Below the pieces are notes generated by a model that was given only the letters and a program-made list of their open reading frames with translations, had not been told where the DNA came from and did no database searches. Positions 38,582 to 48,831 of a stretch of DNA of 64,000 nt are shown one piece after another. Numbering within the stretch: position 1 is the stretch's first letter; each line of letters starts with the position of its first letter. This stretch comes from Candidatus Micrarchaeota archaeon. GTDB lineage: Archaea > B1Sed10-29 > JAJSAI01. Position numbers and translations under genes: made by a program. The DNA is taken from positions 37,708-101,707 of the forward strand of contig CAZVAJ010000001.1 in assembly GCA_964625085.1 (NCBI GenBank). Reading direction: 5' to 3'.

Positions 38582-40642
38582 TCATTTAACCTGTTCAATG
38601 ACTTTTTCAGCAGTCTTTTTCCCGAGCAGTCTTTCCAGTTCTGGTGCTGGAATCTTTTTCAGGTCAGAAAGTTTTCTGGCTCCCGCATTCCACAGGATTC
38701 TTGCCCTAACCCTTCCAACGTGCTTGAGCATTACCAGTGGCACCAGTTCTTTTCTTATTCCGTGCTTTACTCTTTTTCTAAGGATTGATATCTCTTTGTT
38801 CCGGTCCGTCCTGTCTATTATTCGGGCCAGTTCTGCTGCAGAGTACAGAATCCAGTCCGCGTTAGACAGGAAAGAGTACAGCACTCCTGGAGGAATATTG
38901 TAGTCGTTCATTATGGTCTGCTCTGACTTTTCTTCAATCCAGTCACGCAGCATGCTCGCGAGCTTAAACTTGTTCAGGTAAAAGTAATCGAAATGGAACC
39001 CGTCCACGGTCTTGAAAAGCCCTTGTTCTGATGCCGCGCGCTCGAAGAGAGCGATCTCATCTTTTCTGGAAACAGACAGCCAAGGACGCATTTCTGTCGT
39101 GTCAGCAGCCATTAACAAGTAGCCCAGATCGCTTGCACGTTTTTCAGAGGATATGCAGTCCAGCATGTTCTTTGCAGACTTAGGATCAAGATAAAGCTCA
39201 TTGACCCTCATGCCCAGCCTTGTCGGGACGTATCTGCCTGATTCATTTTTCACAAAACCGTCTGACTCCAGCTCGCCTAAAACACTCTGAATAACAGGGT
39301 CCAAGGACTCTGCTCCTGCAAGATACGCGTAAAAGGTTTTGGAAAAGTACTCTTTTATCTCGCGAACACTGGTTATCAGGCTGCACGTGCACGCGAGCAC
39401 GTGCGTTCGGAGCACTGCAAGGTCACCCATCCTGGAATCCACTCTTTCAGGCACGCCCTGAACATACCTCTCGATTATCATGTTTTTTTCCGCGCTTGAC
39501 CTTGCTATTGTCACTGCTTCCCCAAGGGTGTCATATTTTATTCGGCCTGCCCGGCCAACTTTTTGCTTGTATTCTCTGACTGTCATCAGGCTAGGGCCGT
39601 CGCGGTATACGTGCACAGAAGGGATTATAACATAGTGGGCTGGAAGGTTCACTCCTGCTGCAACAGTGGGAGTAGAACACATTACCCTTATGAGCCCGCG
39701 CCTGAACGCCTCTTCCACAAGCTTCCTCTGTTTCTGAACAAGCCCTGCATGATGAAAAGCCACCCCCCTCCTGACCGCTTCTGCAAGTTTCCTGCACTGT
39801 TCTGTAGGAGATTCAAGAACATTCCCCACTTTTTCAGAAACCTCTGCCAGTTCAGGAGAATCTGCCTGAACCAGTAACGAAATCTTTTTGGCCAATGATT
39901 CCGCGTTACGGCGTGTGTTCGCGAAAACAAGGGCCTGCTGACCCTTGCTGAGAGAATGCTTCACAAGCGATAGGACAGAGTCAGGCGCTTTTTCGCGAAC
40001 TTCTTCCTTTTCTGTTATATAGTCTATCACAGAATCGTGGTACACTCCTTCCTTGAGCGGGACAGCCCGGTAATCTGAAAGCACTAGAGGGGCTGATAGC
40101 CAGTCCGCGAGCTCGAACGCGTTAGGTATCGTAGCACTCAATGCTATCACCCTTGCCCCTGGCAAGGAATGCAAAAAACGTGTAATCACTGCTTCAAGCG
40201 TGGGCCCGCGGTCAGAGTCTATTTCGTGAACCTCGTCCACAATAAGCAGTCCTATGTCAGGCACCCATGGGCTTCTGTGCCTGAGAAGAGAATCAAACTT
40301 TTCATAAGAACAGCTGATTACATCATAATTTTTCAGGTAAGTGTCCTGGCTATCGTAATCACCTATGCTAAGCGCGGTATTCTCGTGCACCTTTCTAAAG
40401 GTCTCGTAGTGCTCGGTTGCAAGGGCTTTTAAGGGTGAGATTATCACAACCTTTTTTCCTGCAGAAACAGTATGCAAAGCAGCCATCTCAGCACACAATG
40501 TCTTGCCAGAACCAGTGGGCGCGGATATCACAAGATTCGTTTGCCTGAAAAGCCCTTTTGTTATCGCTTCTTCCTGAACAGGGTTCAGCCGGCTTATTGA
40601 ATGCGTTTGCAGGACCCTGCGCACTATACCTTCATTGTCCAT
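38582..40642 (-). CDS. hel308: Ski2-like helicase Hel308/Hjm
   Basis: Superfamily-2 motifs APTGSGKT and DEVH, plus Hel308 winged-helix and ratchet C-terminal domains. Start set at MDNEG; the ORF extends upstream to 40783. Confidence 0.8.
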   Translation of the reverse strand: MDNEGIVRRVLQTHSISRLNPVQEEAITKGLFRQTNLVISAPTGSGKTLCAEMAALHTVSAGKKVVIISPLKALATEHYETFRKVHENTALSIGDYDSQDTYLKNYDVISCSYEKFDSLLRHRSPWVPDIGLLIVDEVHEIDSDRGPTLEAVITRFLHSLPGARVIALSATIPNAFELADWLSAPLVLSDYRAVPLKEGVYHDSVIDYITEKEEVREKAPDSVLSLVKHSLSKGQQALVFANTRRNAESLAKKISLLVQADSPELAEVSEKVGNVLESPTEQCRKLAEAVRRGVAFHHAGLVQKQRKLVEEAFRRGLIRVMCSTPTVAAGVNLPAHYVIIPSVHVYRDGPSLMTVREYKQKVGRAGRIKYDTLGEAVTIARSSAEKNMIIERYVQGVPERVDSRMGDLAVLRTHVLACTCSLITSVREIKEYFSKTFYAYLAGAESLDPVIQSVLGELESDGFVKNESGRYVPTRLGMRVNELYLDPKSAKNMLDCISSEKRASDLGYLLMAADTTEMRPWLSVSRKDEIALFERAASEQGLFKTVDGFHFDYFYLNKFKLASMLRDWIEEKSEQTIMNDYNIPPGVLYSFLSNADWILYSAAELARIIDRTDRNKEISILRKRVKHGIRKELVPLVMLKHVGRVRARILWNAGARKLSDLKKIPAPELERLLGKKTAEKVIEQVK

Positions 40643-40697
40643 CCCTTGTTTTTCAGACCTGGAAACTAATAAAAACAACTGATTTGTTTTAGTTAAC

Positions 40698-40886
40698 ATG
40701 ATACTCTGGATCGTGAGCTGGCTTATCAGCATGGTACTCCTTACAGTGCTCGTGGGAATAGCAGATGAACTGCATGAAGACATGATAGAAAAAAGTCAAG
40801 CTAGAGGGGCCTTCGTGGTATTTGTCTTGCCAACACTGCTTGAAATAACAGCATACCTTGCAAAAGGATCACCCCTCTGGTTCTAG
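40698..40886 (+). CDS. putative small two-TM membrane protein (62 aa)
   Basis: Stands alone in the intergenic space if hel308 starts at 40642. Two hydrophobic helices; no homology recognised. Confidence 0.2.
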   Translation: MILWIVSWLISMVLLTVLVGIADELHEDMIEKSQARGAFVVFVLPTLLEITAYLAKGSPLWF

Positions 40887-40895
40887 GCTCACTTT

Positions 40896-41522
40896 TCACA
40901 CAATCCTGCTGGAAAAATGCAGTAGTCTGCTCAGGACTTTTTCCTGTTGTTCTGCCTGAGCCCTCTCTTTTTTGAGTTTTGAGATCCGGGTTACTATGAC
41001 ATCATTCCTAAACCTGCTGTTCTTTTCAACTGTCTCACGTATTGATCCTCTGGACCTGCCGATCAGGGATGTTCTTGCTTCAACAAGCCTCTCCCGATAC
41101 TCTGGATTGTTAACAAACATTTCAACCATGCGGCGGTGCTTTGCGTCAGAAGCAGCTTCTATGGGCATTTCAACGGTCTCGTAAGCCTTGCGGTATTCTG
41201 AGTCTGAAACAAGTTTTATCCTGTGCTTCCAGTACACTGGGTCCAACAGCACCTTTACCTTCTTCGCTGCATTACCCTCTTTTTTCCTGCTAAGGCTGCG
41301 GATCTCCGAGTCCAGTTTCTTTTTCCTGTTCCTCGCTTCCTCAAGCTGCTGCTTGAGTCTTGCTTTACTAGGGTAAACTATCTTCAAAGGGTTAACGCTC
41401 TCAAGCTTGATCACACCCCCGTTGGAAACATACGCTTCTATAGCATCAAGAGTCTCCTGGTCAAGCGAAGCATTCTTGAACACTCTTTCGTACTCCCTTT
41501 TACTGCCGATTACTATCATCAC
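40896..41522 (-). CDS. hypothetical basic coiled-coil protein (208 aa)
   Basis: Lys/Arg-rich helical sequence with no recognisable motif. Consistent coding composition. Confidence 0.4.
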   Translation of the reverse strand: MMIVIGSKREYERVFKNASLDQETLDAIEAYVSNGGVIKLESVNPLKIVYPSKARLKQQLEEARNRKKKLDSEIRSLSRKKEGNAAKKVKVLLDPVYWKHRIKLVSDSEYRKAYETVEMPIEAASDAKHRRMVEMFVNNPEYRERLVEARTSLIGRSRGSIRETVEKNSRFRNDVIVTRISKLKKERAQAEQQEKVLSRLLHFSSRIV

Positions 41523-41592
41523 TTTTGAAAGGCAATAGCAGGTTAAAAACCTAACGACACTGTTTTAAAAGAATGGCGCGTGAAAATGAATC

Positions 41593-41922
41593 ATGATGGG
41601 AATGAACCCTAAGATGATGGAACGGATGATGCGGCAGATGGGAATAAAACAGACTGCCGTGCCCGCTGAAGAGGTCATAATACGGGCTGGAGAAAAACAG
41701 ATCAGGATACTGGACCCGCAGGTCATTCTTGTAGAAGCACAGGGACAAAAAACCTGGCAGGTATCAGGAAAAGCAGTAGAGGAGACAGTAAAAGAACAGA
41801 CTTTTTCAGAAGAAGACGTGAAGATGGTCATGGAAAAAACAGGCAAATCAATGGAAGAAGCTGAAAAAGCTCTGGAAGAGTCTGGCGGAGACATCGCAGA
41901 CGCAATACTCAAGCTCAGCTGA
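41593..41922 (+). CDS. nac: nascent polypeptide-associated complex protein (NAC alpha homolog)
   Basis: NAC domain with a C-terminal UBA-like segment EEDVKMVMEKTGKSMEEAEKALEESGGDIADAIL. Confidence 0.8.
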   Translation: MMGMNPKMMERMMRQMGIKQTAVPAEEVIIRAGEKQIRILDPQVILVEAQGQKTWQVSGKAVEETVKEQTFSEEDVKMVMEKTGKSMEEAEKALEESGGDIADAILKLS

Positions 41923-41942
41923 GGATGGGACAAAAACCCTGT

Positions 41943-43043
41943 CTACTGAGCAAGCTTTATTTGAATTATCTCGTTGTACAGTGTGCTAAAAGCAATGTTC
42001 CGGGTGACATTGCTTCCTACTGGAAGTAGTTCAGGGACCCAGTCCTCGAAAAACCTGTTCATCACCCTGTACTCTTTTCCATCCAAAACAATCTTTTCTC
42101 CGGGTAGCATGAAACGGGTCTTCCAGTCAAGGCGCACTAGGCTTGCTGGAATGGCCTGAAGCGAACTGTTCAAGCGGTCCAGCTGGTCATCAGACAATGG
42201 TGCGAGAACTGCTGAGAAAGAAGTGTTATGCACATCAAGGGACTTTATTGTTGTCCAGTTAAGCGCGCTCCTTACCTGTTCTTCAGTAACATTTGACGAC
42301 AAAGAGGCCAACATGCCTGTCTCCACGTGCACTGCAGGGAGGATTGTCTCGTTCTTGTAGTGCACCTGAGCCTGGAACAGGTCAGATGCTGGCAGGCCAA
42401 GGAAAGGATCATCGTTTCTTATTTCAGCGTCAACACAGGACTGGAATGACCTTATCTTACCTGCGGCCATAACAACCTTGCACGAAAGGCGCACAGTGTC
42501 ATTCTTTTGCCGTGAATACAATACTGCCACTCCAGGAATAATCCTCTCAGAAACAGTGCCATTATCAGAGGAATTAAACACCACTGTAACCCTCGCAAGA
42601 GAGAGGGGAGTGTACGCTGGTTCGGAGAAAAGCGAACTCATCCGGTAGAACGTCCTAAACCCTATTTCTTTCATCTGGCTAAGATTAAACCCTGAAAACG
42701 CAACATGGTACTCGTAGCCGTTTCCGTAAGGGTTTAACGTGACATCAACAGAGTAAGAATCATCAGACAGATTGTAGTCCTGTGCCACCTCAGAAAGAAG
42801 AATCTTGGCAGCATCAAGGTCCTCTGCCTTTGAAACACCCTTAAAAGAAAATGCGGGAGTCAAGTCATCTATTCTTGCCGTGACATTAACCTGTTCCACT
42901 GAAAGCAGGCCCTGCTGCTGTTCTTCTGCCACAGGCGGCTGGGGCAGTTCTTTCACAACAGGAGAACTGAAAAACCACACGATGGGACCTGCGGAAAACA
43001 GCAGGATTACTGCGATTATTAGAACCTTGATCTCTTTGTTCAT
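41943..43043 (-). CDS. hypothetical extracellular protein with N-terminal signal anchor (366 aa)
   Basis: N-terminal TM MNKEIKVLIIAVILLFSAGPIVWFF followed by a beta-rich domain with several N-x-S/T sequons. Confidence 0.4.
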   Translation of the reverse strand: MNKEIKVLIIAVILLFSAGPIVWFFSSPVVKELPQPPVAEEQQQGLLSVEQVNVTARIDDLTPAFSFKGVSKAEDLDAAKILLSEVAQDYNLSDDSYSVDVTLNPYGNGYEYHVAFSGFNLSQMKEIGFRTFYRMSSLFSEPAYTPLSLARVTVVFNSSDNGTVSERIIPGVAVLYSRQKNDTVRLSCKVVMAAGKIRSFQSCVDAEIRNDDPFLGLPASDLFQAQVHYKNETILPAVHVETGMLASLSSNVTEEQVRSALNWTTIKSLDVHNTSFSAVLAPLSDDQLDRLNSSLQAIPASLVRLDWKTRFMLPGEKIVLDGKEYRVMNRFFEDWVPELLPVGSNVTRNIAFSTLYNEIIQIKLAQ

Positions 43044-43102
43044 TCAACAACACCTTTTTTAAACGACAGAATAAGAAGATAATACCGCTGTTTAGTATTA
43101 AT

Positions 43103-43771
43103 TTGTTTCGGAGGATGAAAAAGATGGCTGAATTTGTTAAGATAGACTTCACTGCAAAAGCAGATGGAAAGGTATTTGACACCACCCTAAAGGATGTTGC
43201 ACAGAAAGAGAACATTTACTCGGACAAGGTAAAGTACTCCCCTCTTCCTGTAATCGTGGGCGATGGCCAGGTTATACCCGGGCTTGAAGACGCACTGCGT
43301 AGCATGAAAAAAGGAGAGGAAAAGACTGTCAAGATCCCTCCTGAAAAGGCTTTTGGCAAAAGGGATCCAAAGCTTGTCAGCGTCATCCCTGAAAGCGTGT
43401 TCAAAAACAACAAGATAACCCCTGTTCCGGGAATGCCCATACAGGTTGAAGGCAAAACAGCAAGAGTGCTGAGCGTTTCAAGCGGAAGGGTGCAGATAGA
43501 CTTCAATCACGAGCTTGCTGGAAAAGAGGTTGAGTACTGGGTAAAGGTCGTGAGCAAGGCTGAAACAGAGGAAGAAAAACTTGAGATATTATCTTCGCTC
43601 GCGTTCCCTGACATAAAAACACAGATCAAAACAAAAGAGAAAACAGTAGAGTTAATCCTGCCTACAGAAGCAAGAAAACTTAACAGCCTCGAGCTCAGAA
43701 AAACAATGTTCGCAGAGCTTGTTAAAAAACACTTGGGCAAGGAAAAGGTCAGGATAACTGAAGAATACTGA
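43103..43771 (+). CDS. fkbB: FKBP-type peptidyl-prolyl cis-trans isomerase (long archaeal SlyD-like type)
   Basis: FKBP fold (VKIDFTAKADGKVFDTT...GDGQVIPGLEDAL) with an IF insert and a C-terminal domain. Confidence 0.75.
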   Translation: MFRRMKKMAEFVKIDFTAKADGKVFDTTLKDVAQKENIYSDKVKYSPLPVIVGDGQVIPGLEDALRSMKKGEEKTVKIPPEKAFGKRDPKLVSVIPESVFKNNKITPVPGMPIQVEGKTARVLSVSSGRVQIDFNHELAGKEVEYWVKVVSKAETEEEKLEILSSLAFPDIKTQIKTKEKTVELILPTEARKLNSLELRKTMFAELVKKHLGKEKVRITEEY

Positions 43772-43875
43772 AATCCGGAAAACATAAACCTTTAAATACC
43801 TCTCCAAAAGAGAAAGAGTAGGCGCTCACCCAAGAGCCTACTAACTAGAACCTTTACAAGTTCTGAGGTGATTTT

Positions 43876-44496
43876 ATGGAAGAAACTATAAAGACTGGTA
43901 CTACTACAGTCGGCATACTCTGCAAGGATGGTGTTGTTCTTGCAGCAGACATGAGAGCAACAATGGGAACATTGATTGCTAACAAGAGCACTGAAAAGAT
44001 ACTGCCAGTGCAACCGCATATCGCGATCACAACAGCAGGAATGGTTGGAGACAACCAAGCTCTTGCCAGGATGATGAAAGTCAACTGTTCCTTATATGAA
44101 AAACAAAGGAAAAAGAGAATATCCGTGGAAGCAGCATCAACCCTGCTCGCAAACATACTGCAGGAAACAAAGTACTTCCCGTACTGGGTTGAAATAATCA
44201 TGGGAGGGTATGATGACAAAGGCCCTGCACTGTATGAAATAGATGCGGGCGGAGGAAAACTAAAAGAGAATTTCATAAGCACAGGCTCAGGATCTCCAGT
44301 GGCCTACGGTGTTCTAGAAGAGGCCCTAAGAAACAAAAAAGAGATACTCCTAAAAGATGCGCTGCCAGTGGCAGCCAAGGCGGTTTGGGCTGCAATGCAA
44401 AGGGATTCTGCTTCAGGAGAAAGAGTCAACATCGCGGTAATAGACAAAGACGGATTTAGGAAACTCAGCAAACATGAAGTAGAAAAGCTTTTTTGA
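43876..44496 (+). CDS. psmB: proteasome subunit beta
   Basis: Short propeptide then the catalytic Thr in TTTVGI, followed by LAADMRAT. Confidence 0.85.
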   Translation: MEETIKTGTTTVGILCKDGVVLAADMRATMGTLIANKSTEKILPVQPHIAITTAGMVGDNQALARMMKVNCSLYEKQRKKRISVEAASTLLANILQETKYFPYWVEIIMGGYDDKGPALYEIDAGGGKLKENFISTGSGSPVAYGVLEEALRNKKEILLKDALPVAAKAVWAAMQRDSASGERVNIAVIDKDGFRKLSKHEVEKLF

Positions 44497-44505
44497 GGAG
44501 ATTAA

Positions 44506-46398
44506 GTGACCTTCGCGAAAGAAATTGAGAAACAGGTAAAAGAAATTCTGCCAGAAAGAGGGCTTGTTGACAAAGTGGAAGTAGAAGGCCCTGAAATAGT
44601 GTTGTACACGAGCCAGATAGACCGGTTCATGGAAGATGACAGCATCATCAGAGGGCTGGCCAGCAAGCTCAGGAAACACTTCATACTCAGAGCAACATCA
44701 GAAAAACTAATGGACCCAGAACAAGCTGAAAAAGAGATAAAAGAGATAATCCCCCCTGAAGCAGAAGTAGAGAAAATAAGGTTCAGACCAGATTTCCATG
44801 AGGTCATGATAGAAGCAAAGAAGCTTGGCCTGGTCATAGGACCAAGAGGAAGCACGCTCAAAGAAATAACAAAAAGAACTGGCTGGAGCCCGCGGCTTTG
44901 GAGAATTCCCACAACAAAATCAGAAATGATGGAAGGGATAAGAGGAACTCTCGTAAAAGACAGCAGGGATGTAAAGAAGTTCTTGAAACAAGTCGGAAAA
45001 AACATATACCGTGAAGGAAAGAAAACCGATTGGATCAGGCTCACTGCTCTAGGAGCAGCCAGAGAAGTTGGAAGAAGCTGTTTTCTTCTGGAAACTCCTG
45101 AAAGCAAGGTGCTCCTAGACTGCGGGGTCAACGTGGCGACAAACGATCCTAAAAAAGCATTCCCCTACATGAGCTCGGTGGACTTTTCCTTAGACGAGCT
45201 TGATGCAGTCATCATCTCCCACGGGCACCTTGACCACTCCGGATTCCTGCCGTACCTGTTCCAGTACGGGTACAAAGGCCCTGTGTATTGCACTCCGGCA
45301 ACCAGAGACGTGATGGCACTACTGCAGCGCGATTATGTTAACATAGCGCACAGGAACGCTGAAGATGCTCCCTACTCCCAGAAGAACATAAAACAGGAAA
45401 TAAAACACTGCATACCGAGAGAGTACGGGGAAGTAACAGACATCGCTCCAGACATAAGACTAACCCTACATAACGCTGGCCACATACTAGGTTCAAGCAT
45501 AACCCATCTGCACATAGGAGAAGGAGCGCATAACCTGGTTTACACAGGGGACATGAAATTCGGGTACACTGAACTGCTTGATCCAGCAGACACCAACTAC
45601 CCAAGGATAGAAACGCTGATAATAGAGTCAACGTACGGCGGAGGAAACAGGGACGTTCACCCACCCAGGTACGTGGCAGAAAAGAAGATGCTTGACCTGA
45701 TAAAAGAAACCATAGAAAAGAACGGTATCGTGCTCGTGCCAAGCTTTGCCGTAGAAAGAGCACAAGAAATCATGCTCATAATAGAAAAAGCCTCACGGGA
45801 AAATGACTGGGACATTCCAGTGTACCTTGACGGCATGATAAAAGAAGCTAGCGCAATACACTCCGCATACCCTGAATACCTCAAAAAGAACATTAAAAGA
45901 AGAATACTCCACGATGACTCTCCATTCGATTCACCCGTGTTCCAGAACGTTGACCCAAGAAAAAGAGACGACATAATCAACGAAGGCAGGTCAATCATCC
46001 TGTCTCCTGCAGGAATGATGTCAGGCGGGCCTGTTCTCGAGTACTTTAAACACCTCTCGGAAGATGAGAGGAATACTCTGCTTTTCGTGGGATACCAGGC
46101 TGAAGGAAGTCTTGGAAGAAAAATCCAGAGAGGCGCAAAAGAAGTCGCGCTAGAAGAAAACGGGAAATTAAAACAGTACAAGGTAAACCTAAAGACAGAA
46201 ACGATAGACGGCCTCTCAGGTCACGCGGACTACAACCAGCTGCTGGGATTCTACAAGAAGCTCACGCCAAAACCTGAGAGGGTTCTGACAGTCCACGGCG
46301 AAGAATCAAAGTGCTTGAACCTTGCGAGAAGCATTGGTTACAAGTTCAGGGTAGAAACCATGAGCCCAAGAAACCTTGACAGCATCAGGTTAAAGTGA
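44506..46398 (+). CDS. aCPSF1/FttA: KH-domain plus metallo-beta-lactamase beta-CASP ribonuclease
   Basis: 630 aa. Two N-terminal KH domains, the HGHLDHSG motif, and beta-CASP motifs. GTG start. Confidence 0.85.
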   Translation: MTFAKEIEKQVKEILPERGLVDKVEVEGPEIVLYTSQIDRFMEDDSIIRGLASKLRKHFILRATSEKLMDPEQAEKEIKEIIPPEAEVEKIRFRPDFHEVMIEAKKLGLVIGPRGSTLKEITKRTGWSPRLWRIPTTKSEMMEGIRGTLVKDSRDVKKFLKQVGKNIYREGKKTDWIRLTALGAAREVGRSCFLLETPESKVLLDCGVNVATNDPKKAFPYMSSVDFSLDELDAVIISHGHLDHSGFLPYLFQYGYKGPVYCTPATRDVMALLQRDYVNIAHRNAEDAPYSQKNIKQEIKHCIPREYGEVTDIAPDIRLTLHNAGHILGSSITHLHIGEGAHNLVYTGDMKFGYTELLDPADTNYPRIETLIIESTYGGGNRDVHPPRYVAEKKMLDLIKETIEKNGIVLVPSFAVERAQEIMLIIEKASRENDWDIPVYLDGMIKEASAIHSAYPEYLKKNIKRRILHDDSPFDSPVFQNVDPRKRDDIINEGRSIILSPAGMMSGGPVLEYFKHLSEDERNTLLFVGYQAEGSLGRKIQRGAKEVALEENGKLKQYKVNLKTETIDGLSGHADYNQLLGFYKKLTPKPERVLTVHGEESKCLNLARSIGYKFRVETMSPRNLDSIRLK

Positions 46399-46488
46399 AA
46401 GAACATCATGGAAACCGGGCGTATCCTGCCACTGTTAACGTGGAACTGAGCATGGTGAATCATTTTTTAATAGAGAACGGGTGTATAA

Positions 46489-47775
46489 ATGAGCATGGAA
46501 TTTTCCAGTGTTCAAGAGGCGCTTGAAAAAAAAGAAGGCAAGTTCAGACTAAGAGGATGGGTTTACAGACACAGGGTTACCAAAAATGCTGTTTTCATGC
46601 TCCTGCGTGATGCTACAGGAGTGATACAATGCGTTTTCAAGCCAGACAACCCTGATTTTGAAAAAGCGTCAGAACTGTACATAGAATCTAGCGTGATAAT
46701 AGAAGGAGAAGTCAAGCCTGATGAAAGGGCCCCGGGAGGGGCAGAAATGAAAGCAGGCTCGCTTCAGGTCATAAGCAGGGGAGAACCGTTTCCCATAACA
46801 AAGGATCAATCAACAGAATTTCTCATGGACATAAGACACCTGAGCATTAGGTCGCAGCGTATAACAAAAGCCATGCTCGCAAGAGAAAAGATGATGAAGT
46901 ACTTCCGCGAGTTCTTTGAACAAGAAGGAGTGCACGAGGTTTTTCCCCCTGTGTTCACGGTCGCGGGCGCTGAGGGAGGTGCAGAGCTTTTCGAAGTCCC
47001 TTACTTCGGGAAAAAGGTATACCTCTCGCAAAGCGCGCAGTTGTACCTGGAAGCGCTCATATTCTCGCTAGAAAAAGTGTACTCCCTAACCCCAAGCTTC
47101 AGGGCTGAAAAAAGCCATACTTCAAAGCACCTGACAGAATACTGGCATCTTGAAGCAGAGATGGCGTTCTGGGACCAGGAAAAGAACATGGAATTCCAGG
47201 AGTGTATGGTGTCCTACGTGTGCCAGAAGATGGCTGAGAATGACAAAGCACTGTTAGAGTACTTTGGAAGGAAACCCTCTGACCTGAAGAAAGTAGAGCC
47301 CCCGTTCCACAGGATGTCATATGATGAAGCAGTAGCAGAACTGCAGAAAAAAGGGCTGGAAATAGAGTACGGTGAAGATCCTGGAGCGCCTCATGAAGAA
47401 GCGTTAACTAAAGGGCTTGATAAACCCTTGTTCTTGCACTCGTTCCCAGAGGACATGAAAGCGTTTTACATGCAGCCAGATGAAAACAATCCAGGCAAAG
47501 TAAAAGCAGCAGACATGCTTGCTCCAGAAGGCCACGGGGAAATAATAGGTGGAAGCGAAAGAATCTGGAAGAAGGACCTGCTTGAAGAAAAGATCAGGAA
47601 ATTCGGGCTCAACCCAAATGACTATAAGTGGTACGTGGACCTGCGGGAGTACGGGTCCGTGCCACACTCAGGATTTGGCTTGGGAACAGAAAGAATGCTG
47701 AAATGGGTCCTGAACTTGCCCCACATAAGAGACGTGGTCCCGTTCCCAAGAACAGTCAACAGGTACTACCCCTAA
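46489..47775 (+). CDS. asnS: class IIb aminoacyl-tRNA synthetase, probably asparaginyl- (possibly aspartyl-) tRNA synthetase
   Basis: N-terminal OB anticodon-binding domain and class II motifs 1 to 3 (...FRAE..., GFGLGTERM). The C-terminal FPRTVNRYYP resembles AsnRS more than archaeal AspRS. Confidence 0.6.
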   Translation: MSMEFSSVQEALEKKEGKFRLRGWVYRHRVTKNAVFMLLRDATGVIQCVFKPDNPDFEKASELYIESSVIIEGEVKPDERAPGGAEMKAGSLQVISRGEPFPITKDQSTEFLMDIRHLSIRSQRITKAMLAREKMMKYFREFFEQEGVHEVFPPVFTVAGAEGGAELFEVPYFGKKVYLSQSAQLYLEALIFSLEKVYSLTPSFRAEKSHTSKHLTEYWHLEAEMAFWDQEKNMEFQECMVSYVCQKMAENDKALLEYFGRKPSDLKKVEPPFHRMSYDEAVAELQKKGLEIEYGEDPGAPHEEALTKGLDKPLFLHSFPEDMKAFYMQPDENNPGKVKAADMLAPEGHGEIIGGSERIWKKDLLEEKIRKFGLNPNDYKWYVDLREYGSVPHSGFGLGTERMLKWVLNLPHIRDVVPFPRTVNRYYP

Positions 47776-47812
47776 ACCAACTTTTATTAACCTGGTTCTT
47801 GTTTTACTATTC

Positions 47813-48679
47813 ATGTTCTGGGCACTGCTTACCGGGATAGTAACCGCGGCCAACCTCATGCTCGTGGAAAAGAAGGAAGATGCATTGATCTTGGTGCTTT
47901 CAGCAGCAGCGGCATTAATTCTGATGAACTCTCCTCTTGGAGTGCTTGGGATCGGTGTAGCGGTCCTGTCCCCAAGAATAAAGAAGTACGCGTTATTCTC
48001 TCAGGCGAACCTTCTTTCTGCTGTGCTGGTTTCAAGTTCCCTGTTGTGGTACTACGAGCACGGGCTGCTTCCTGGAACAAGACAGACCGCGGTCATATTT
48101 GCACTAGCAGTAGCAGCAGTTGCCATCTACGGGATCCTGGAACCTAAGCTGTACCGGTTCCTTGCGCTGAGTAACCTGGCGCAACTGGGTTTTGTTGCAC
48201 TGGACCTGAGCGTGGCTTTCGCGCTAGGAAATCCCGGCATACTCAAGACAGTGCAGGTGTTCAACTATGCGATTGCAGGCTCTTTGCTGTTCCTGGGAAT
48301 AGGGATGGTGGCAAGAAAAAAGGAGTATGTCAGCGACCTGACAGGAAGCTGGTTCGTGAGCAAGTGGGCTGACCTGTTCGCGGTGATCGCCTGCCTTTCT
48401 CTGGCAGGGCTGCCTGGGTTTAACATGTTTGTATCAGAGTGGGCTCTTTTCACAAAAGGATTTGAACTAAGCCCTTCAATAACTCTTCTTGGCATCTTCC
48501 TTGCAATGATCCTGTTCATAATGTACTACAAGATAGCGTACTACCTGCTGGTGGGCCCGGGAAGAAAGAAAAAAAGCGACCGGCTTAGGCTTGCTTTTGC
48601 AGGAACGCTCGCCGTGATAGTGATCTTGCTGGGAATTGTCCCAGGAATCCAAGAGACTGTGTTGGGGTGGCTGGTGTGA
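47813..48679 (+). CDS. group-4 hydrogenase membrane subunit, truncated NuoL/M/N (MnhD)-like antiporter module
   Basis: 288-aa polytopic protein with LALSNLAQLGF and GLPGFNMFVSEW, matching antiporter-subunit motifs. First gene of the hydrogenase cluster. Confidence 0.6.
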   Translation: MFWALLTGIVTAANLMLVEKKEDALILVLSAAAALILMNSPLGVLGIGVAVLSPRIKKYALFSQANLLSAVLVSSSLLWYYEHGLLPGTRQTAVIFALAVAAVAIYGILEPKLYRFLALSNLAQLGFVALDLSVAFALGNPGILKTVQVFNYAIAGSLLFLGIGMVARKKEYVSDLTGSWFVSKWADLFAVIACLSLAGLPGFNMFVSEWALFTKGFELSPSITLLGIFLAMILFIMYYKIAYYLLVGPGRKKKSDRLRLAFAGTLAVIVILLGIVPGIQETVLGWLV

Positions 48680-48831
48680 GCAGAAGAGAAAGTGTAGCAG
48701 TATACCTGGGCGGAGAAAAGAGCGTGGGAAAAACACTTCCGGACAAGTACGAAGCGTTCTTTGAATCATGGGAACTTGCAGCCGTACTTGCTTCCCTTGC
48801 CCTACTATCATTACTGGTGATGGTAATATGA
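48676..48831 (+). CDS. putative small hydrogenase-associated membrane protein (51 aa, unannotated)
   Basis: GTG start overlaps the upstream stop; ATGA overlap with the downstream small subunit. One C-terminal TM (AAVLASLALLSLLVMVI). Confidence 0.3.
   Translation: MSRRESVAVYLGGEKSVGKTLPDKYEAFFESWELAAVLASLALLSLLVMVI

Noticed and set aside
40643-40783. 47-codon N-terminal extension of hel308
   Set aside because: Ser/Thr-rich and hydrophobic, non-helicase-like. Hel308 homology begins near MDNEGIVRRVL.
44502-46181. 209-aa and 174-aa minus-strand ORFs
   Set aside because: Antisense inside the aCPSF1 ribonuclease gene.
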